Assembly: GCA_965215195.1 (NCBI GenBank)
Contig: CBDCDC010000002.1
Span: 1,376,001 to 1,440,000 of the forward strand
Reading direction: 5' to 3'
DNA: 64,000 nt
From: Candidatus Latescibacterota bacterium
GTDB taxonomy: Bacteria > Latescibacterota > UBA2968 > UBA8231
How positions within the stretch are numbered: the first letter of the stretch is position 1; every line of letters starts with the position of its first letter. Below, in pieces: positions 56,916 to 64,000 of this stretch. The position numbers and the translations under genes are program-made. The notes under the pieces were generated by a model. The model had not been told where the DNA came from, made no database searches, and was given only the letters and a program-made list of their open reading frames with translations.

Positions 56916-56967
56916 GTATCGATTTCCCGGCCCCATTCGCCCCGATCACAAGGGTCAGTTCAGCCAT
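56916..56967 (-). pseudogene. N-terminal stub of a P-loop (zeta-toxin-like) ATPase
   Basis: MAELTLVIGANGAGKS overlapping the stop of the upstream small ORF; the motif pattern ends right after Walker A. Confidence 0.45.
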
Positions 56968-57166
56968 CGGCCCCGTTTGCATCCATCGGCTGGAACGGCT
57001 TTTTTTCGACTCGGCCATCGGGCCATTCGGTTACTAGAAATTGATCGTCGTCGCTGAGATAGACGAACGCCTTGCCCTGTTCGAGCACCATGCGTCGGGT
57101 TGCTCCGGGGTCGGCCAAAGTCCGCTTTATCGCGGCGATTAACGGGTGTTCGCGGTTATTCATCAT
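56960..57166 (-). CDS. Small hypothetical protein (possible antitoxin)
   Basis: 68 aa ORF with RBS GGAG, coupled to the ATPase stub. Confidence 0.55.
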   Translation of the reverse strand: MMNNREHPLIAAIKRTLADPGATRRMVLEQGKAFVYLSDDDQFLVTEWPDGRVEKKPFQPMDANGADG

Positions 57167-57279
57167 CGTTGATTATCTCCATGCGAAGCCTTTTAAGGCC
57201 CGTCGGCCTGCCTCCGCGCCATACTCCCCAGACCAAATCGCCGCCCCAAAGACGACTTGATCCCATCGTCGCCGACGGA

Positions 57280-57804
57280 TTAGGGCGCGGGCAGGGGGAA
57301 AGGATCGGTCTTAGCACTTTCGATCAGTCGCCTCAACTGATCGGCGACTTCACTTGGCTCGGCCTTATACGGAAAGGTGCGAGGCCCAGCTTGGGCCTCG
57401 TACCAAGAAATTGCCCGCTGATTTTCCCGTTCTACTGGGCAATTCCATAATTCTCTCGCGTAAACCTTAAATCTCCATCCCTGCGGAGTAATGATGGTAT
57501 TTATGACAAGGTAAAAGTGGTCTTCAATTTTTACCTCATGCTCACAATGGTCGTAAAGCAGGTACGCTGGCATACGGCGGGAAGATCTGACTTCCCGACC
57601 TTGCTCTTGTGATTCAGGGAAGCACAAAGCGGCAAGGACATCATTGATGCGGTCACGCATATCCAACTTTATCTTTTCTATTTGCGACAACAGGGATTGG
57701 ATATCTTCCTCGTTGCTTTGAAAAAAAGCTAACATCTCTGAGCTCAGGAACTGACGCTCTTCTAGGCGTTTTGCAGCCTTAATCACTTCTATTGCGGATT
57801 TCAT
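57280..57804 (-). CDS. Hypothetical protein (AT-richer, accessory)
   Basis: RBS AGGAG before ATG 57804; helical N-terminus. Confidence 0.55.
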   Translation of the reverse strand: MKSAIEVIKAAKRLEERQFLSSEMLAFFQSNEEDIQSLLSQIEKIKLDMRDRINDVLAALCFPESQEQGREVRSSRRMPAYLLYDHCEHEVKIEDHFYLVINTIITPQGWRFKVYARELWNCPVERENQRAISWYEAQAGPRTFPYKAEPSEVADQLRRLIESAKTDPFPLPAP

Positions 57805-57833
57805 ACTTGTGCTCCTGTGAGAGTAGAGTCGAT

Positions 57834-58400
57834 CTATAATAGCGGCCGCAGCCGCCCTGCTTCCTCCTCGTAATCCGCGCCGCACTCCGCACAGACCAGA
57901 CCACCGCCAAGCGTAACGCCACAGCGGCAGGCCCACCCCACTTGCCGCCCCGGAACGCCGGTTATCAGCGCGTATGCCGGCACGTCGCGGGTTACGACCG
58001 CCCCGGCACCAACGAGGGCGTACGCGCCAACATCCACGCCGCAGACAATGGTCGAGTTGGCCCCCAGCGAAGCCCCCCTTTGCACCCGCGTCTCTTGAAA
58101 CTCGCGTCGGCGGTCGATAAAAGCGCGGGGATTGACGACGTTGGTGAATACCATGGACGGGCCGCAGAAGACCTCGTCTTCGAGCGTAACTCCCTTGTAG
58201 ATCGAGACGTTGTTCTGTATCTTGCAGCCGTCGCCGATCACCACGCCGCTATCGACATAGACGTTCTGGCCGAGATTGCAGTTTTGGCCGATCTGTGCGC
58301 CGGGCATCAGGTGGCAGAAATGCCATATATGGGTCCCCGCGCCAATGGCGACCGGCTCATCGACGCAAGTGCTGGGATGGACGAAGTATTCTCTTGCCAT
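57834..58400 (-). CDS. Hexapeptide-repeat sugar N-acetyltransferase (WbpD-like)
   Basis: IWHFCH, LGQNV, KIQNNVSIY, CGPSMVFTNV.NPR, GWACRCG. Confidence 0.92.
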   Translation of the reverse strand: MAREYFVHPSTCVDEPVAIGAGTHIWHFCHLMPGAQIGQNCNLGQNVYVDSGVVIGDGCKIQNNVSIYKGVTLEDEVFCGPSMVFTNVVNPRAFIDRRREFQETRVQRGASLGANSTIVCGVDVGAYALVGAGAVVTRDVPAYALITGVPGRQVGWACRCGVTLGGGLVCAECGADYEEEAGRLRPLL

Positions 58401-58463
58401 GACGATCAAATATAAATTCCCCTTAGCGACTAAACCAATTCACCCTTTTCACAGGAGGAAACC

Positions 58464-59495
58464 GTGAAACTGGTCACGTACTCTGCCGCTGGTGAACAAG
58501 CCATCGGTGCCGTCGTAGCCGACGACTCTGTGGTCGTCGATCTCAGAGCAGCCGACGGCGGCTTGGCCCGCCGAGAAAAGCGCAAAATACATCCCTTCTT
58601 TACCGATATGCTGGCCCTGCTCTCGGCTGGTGCCAAGGGCCTGCGGGCCGCCAAAAAGGCCGCGGCGTCCGCCGAGGATAAGGAACCCAACGGCAAGACC
58701 ATCCACGCCCTCAACGAGGTCCGCCTCCGCGCTCCCATGCCCAATCCGCGCAAGGTCTTCTGCTTGGCCGGCAACTACCAAGACCACATCGAAGAGGGCG
58801 GCGGCAAAATGCGGGCCCAAGACAAGGAGACCCCGCGCGTCTTTATGAAGCCGCCGACCACCACCGTCATTGGCCCCGGTGACCGCATCCTCATCCCCCC
58901 GATTGCCAACAGCATTGATTGGGAAGGCGAGTTGGCCGTGGTCATCGGCCGCAAGGCCAAGGGCGTCAACGCCAAGGATGCGCTCAAATTCGTGGCCGGC
59001 TACACTGTCATGAACGATGTATCCGAGCGAAGCCTCAAGATCAAGGATCGCACCGACAGCCGCCTATCCGACGAGAGCGTTGACTGGAACAATGAGCAAG
59101 AGCGGAACAAGTGGAAGGATTCGCTAAGGGGCCAAGAGCGGGACAAGTGGTTCGACTGGCTCAACGGCAAGTGGCTCGACACCTTTGCCCCGCAGGGACC
59201 GTGGATCGTCACTCGCGACGACATTCCCGACCCGCAAGTCCTCGACATCAGCACGTACATCAACGGCGAGCGCAAGCAACACAACAACACCGGCCAAATG
59301 CTCTACCCGGTCGATAAGATCATCGAGTACATCTCGGCGATTATTACCCTAGAGCCGGGCGACCTGATCAGCACCGGCACCATATCGGGCGTCGGCGCGA
59401 CCACCGGCACCTTTATGCAGCCCGGCGACAAGGTCGAAATCGAGATCTCCGCGATCGGCGTCCTCAAAAACTCGGTCGCCGCCAGCAAGAAATAA
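58464..59495 (+). CDS. Fumarylacetoacetate hydrolase family protein
   Basis: AGNY..H, FMKP, DWEGEL, NDVSER, GK..DTFAP.GP, PGDLI.TGT. Confidence 0.92.
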   Translation: MKLVTYSAAGEQAIGAVVADDSVVVDLRAADGGLARREKRKIHPFFTDMLALLSAGAKGLRAAKKAAASAEDKEPNGKTIHALNEVRLRAPMPNPRKVFCLAGNYQDHIEEGGGKMRAQDKETPRVFMKPPTTTVIGPGDRILIPPIANSIDWEGELAVVIGRKAKGVNAKDALKFVAGYTVMNDVSERSLKIKDRTDSRLSDESVDWNNEQERNKWKDSLRGQERDKWFDWLNGKWLDTFAPQGPWIVTRDDIPDPQVLDISTYINGERKQHNNTGQMLYPVDKIIEYISAIITLEPGDLISTGTISGVGATTGTFMQPGDKVEIEISAIGVLKNSVAASKK

Positions 59496-59498
59496 CCC

Positions 59499-60710
59499 TT
59501 GCACTCAGCATCCGCGACCGCGGGCCAGGAAGGTGGGCTGCTCAGCCGCGCCTTCCTGGCTCTTTGTTTGATCTACTTTCTCGACAGCTTCCTCTCCGCC
59601 CCCTTCCAAGCGCTCTTTCCCGTCTACATCGAAGCCGACTTGGCGCGGCCTCCGTGGTTTACCGGCTACCTGCGCGGGCTGATGCTGGTCCTCGGCGGGA
59701 TATTTGCCGTCGTCGCCGGCCGGCTCTGCGACCGCTTTGGCCGCAAGACGACCTTGATGATCGGCCTCGTCGGCAGCGCGCTCACCGGCTTGGTCTTTCG
59801 CACCGCCGACCCTTGGGGGCTCTCGTGTTTGCTCTTGGCGATGGGCGCGGCCAGTGGCCCTTGGTCCACGGCCGGGCAGAGCATCCTCATCGCGGCCGTC
59901 ACCCCGGCTCGACTCGGTTTGGGCGGTGCCCTCTACTTTCTCAGCAATACGCTCGGCAACGCGCTCGGCAGCTTTTGTACCGGCTTGGTCAAAACCGCCT
60001 ATTCCTTCGCCCAGATCGGCGCTGCCATGAGCCTCGGCATGGTCGCGGTAATCGCCTTGGCCCTTGCGCTGTTGCCCGGCGACGCGCCCACCCCTAGCAC
60101 GACAGCGCACCTCAATACGTGGACGGCCTACCGCCCGCTTTTGGGCCGCGGCACTGTGCATCTCCTGCTCAGCCTGCGCCTGACCATCACCACCTTCTGG
60201 GGCATGGCGACGCTGGCCCTGCCCCTGTTGATCTACCGAGTTAGCCAGAGCGAGGCCCTACCCGCGTATTTTGCCGCCGCCTCGCTGGTCGCTGCCGCCT
60301 GCTGCCAGCTCGGCGTCGGCTATCTCAACGACCGCTTCGGCCGCGCGGTGCCGCTTATCGGCTCGGCGTCCGGCGTCTTCTTGAGTGCCTTGGGACTTGC
60401 CCTTTGGCACGACGCCCTCGTCGGCCTCTTTGCCTGCGGCACCGGGCTCACGGCTACTGCTTGGGCCGTCTCGACCCTGATCCCCCGGCTCATCAACGAC
60501 GTCGCCGCTGCCGAAGAAAAAAACCGCCTCGTCGGCTTGGGCCACCTCGCTTGGAGCGGCTCAATGGTGGTCGGCAGCCTGCTCGGCGGCTACCTGATCG
60601 AGATACAGGCCGCCCTGCCCTTCTACCTCGGCACGGCCCTCAGTGCTTTCGGTGCCCTCGCCGCCTTTGGCCTCTGCCGCCGTCTGGACGGCGCGGCAGT
60701 TACGGCTTAG
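59499..60710 (+). CDS. MFS transporter
   Basis: Multiple TM helices; motif A GRLCDRFGRK and GYLNDRFGR. Confidence 0.88.
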   Translation: MHSASATAGQEGGLLSRAFLALCLIYFLDSFLSAPFQALFPVYIEADLARPPWFTGYLRGLMLVLGGIFAVVAGRLCDRFGRKTTLMIGLVGSALTGLVFRTADPWGLSCLLLAMGAASGPWSTAGQSILIAAVTPARLGLGGALYFLSNTLGNALGSFCTGLVKTAYSFAQIGAAMSLGMVAVIALALALLPGDAPTPSTTAHLNTWTAYRPLLGRGTVHLLLSLRLTITTFWGMATLALPLLIYRVSQSEALPAYFAAASLVAAACCQLGVGYLNDRFGRAVPLIGSASGVFLSALGLALWHDALVGLFACGTGLTATAWAVSTLIPRLINDVAAAEEKNRLVGLGHLAWSGSMVVGSLLGGYLIEIQAALPFYLGTALSAFGALAAFGLCRRLDGAAVTA

Positions 60711-60719
60711 ACTAGGCGA

Positions 60720-61870
60720 ATGCAAAAACTCCGCCTGTTCCTCATTACGGTCTCGCACTTTTGCGTCGATAGCTACGCCACGATGTTGGCCCCGCTCTTG
60801 CCCCTGCTCAAGGCCAACTTAGGGCTGAGCTTGGCGCAGGTTGGGTTTTTGGGTTCCATCGTCTCGATATGCAATATCAGCCAGCCCCTCATGGGCTTGT
60901 GGGCCGACCGCATGGCTTGGCGCTGGCTGATCGTCGGTGGTTTGGCCTTGGCGACCATTTTTTCCCCGCTCATGGGGCTGGCATCCAATTACCTGACTCT
61001 CGTCGGCATCCTGACCCTCGGTGGGATCGGGGTCGCCGCCTTCCACCCCCAAGTCTTTTCGCTGGCCGGCGAACTCAGCGGTCCGCGCCGCTCCTTTGGC
61101 TTGGCGCTCTTTATCTTTGGCGGCACGCTGGGGCTGGGCCTAACGCCGCTGTGGGCCCCGGCGTACACCAACTCCTTCGGGCTGGCCGCCCTGCCCTACC
61201 TCTCCATTCCCGGCCTGTTGTTCCTCCTGCTTATGTGCCGTGCAGTGCCGCTGGGCAACCCCAACTTCTCCCACGGCCGCAGCACGGCCCAGTGGCGCAG
61301 TCTCGGAGACCAAGCCGGTCCCCTCGTGCTGATCACCGCGATCGTCATTTTGCGCTCGGTGTCGGGGCTGGGCTTTGCCACGTTTTTGACGCTCATGGCA
61401 CAGGAGCGCGGCCTCGGTCTCGTGGCTGGCGGCATCCCCTTGGGAATCTACAATATCGCCGGCGTGGTCGGCGCACTCGCCGTTGGCTATCTGGCCGACC
61501 GAGTCGATCCTAAACCGCTGGTCTGGGGATCGCTGCTGTGCTCGGTGCCGCCGCTCTACGCCTTCATCTATGTCGAGGGAATGGTGGCCAGCAATATCCT
61601 GCTCTTTTTGGGCGGCGGCTTGTTGATGTCTTCCAACTCGATTATGGTCGCCTTGGCCCAGGAGTTTTCGCCGCAAAATACGGGCTTGGTCTCCAGCCTG
61701 CCGCTGGGCTTTAGCTGGGGCTTGGCCAGCCTCGCGCTGCCGCTGATCGGCCATTTCGGCGACCAAATCGGCGTGGCCGAGACCTTGAAATACCTAGCCC
61801 TGCTGCCGATATTGACCGCTGGATTGGCCTTCTTCCTGCCCAGCCGCCCTACCGCAAAGGACGCCGCGCC

Positions 61871-61874
<4 letters not shown>
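60720..61874 (+). CDS. MFS transporter (Fsr-like)
   Basis: HFCVD, QPLMGLWADR, AAFHP, GYLADR. Confidence 0.88.

Positions 61875-64000
<2,126 letters not shown>

Overview
GC-rich bacterial chromosomal segment. Gene style, ankyrin array and TA load suggest a Latescibacterota/Gemmatimonadota-like, possibly sponge-associated organism (inference only). The backbone is an aromatic amino-acid supercluster: a trpL leader with attenuator, fused trpE(G), trpG, trpD, trpC, trpS, chorismate mutase, tyrA, a degenerate aroA, aroE, argS, aroK and aroB. It continues with rimO, batA/PTS IIA/sixA, a surface-polysaccharide cluster, uppP, sugar-acid catabolic genes, a multiheme cytochrome-TPR plus CRTAC1 pair, queC/queE, MFS transporters and a partial metG. 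Accessory and defence elements are interleaved: an IS982 with TSD, a direct-repeat-flanked Panacea gene, DarT with a macrodomain-only DarG, a Panacea/PemK-like pair, HEPN-MNT, Septu-like PtuAB, and decayed VapBC (hit by a REP-containing MITE), HicAB, HEPN and zeta-like remnants. The best candidate for an undescribed system is a tandem dynamin-like GTPase pair whose second member ends in 8 near-identical ankyrin repeats that vary at binding-surface positions. Family assignments rest on motif recognition; no searches were run. Several one-base frameshifts may be assembly errors.
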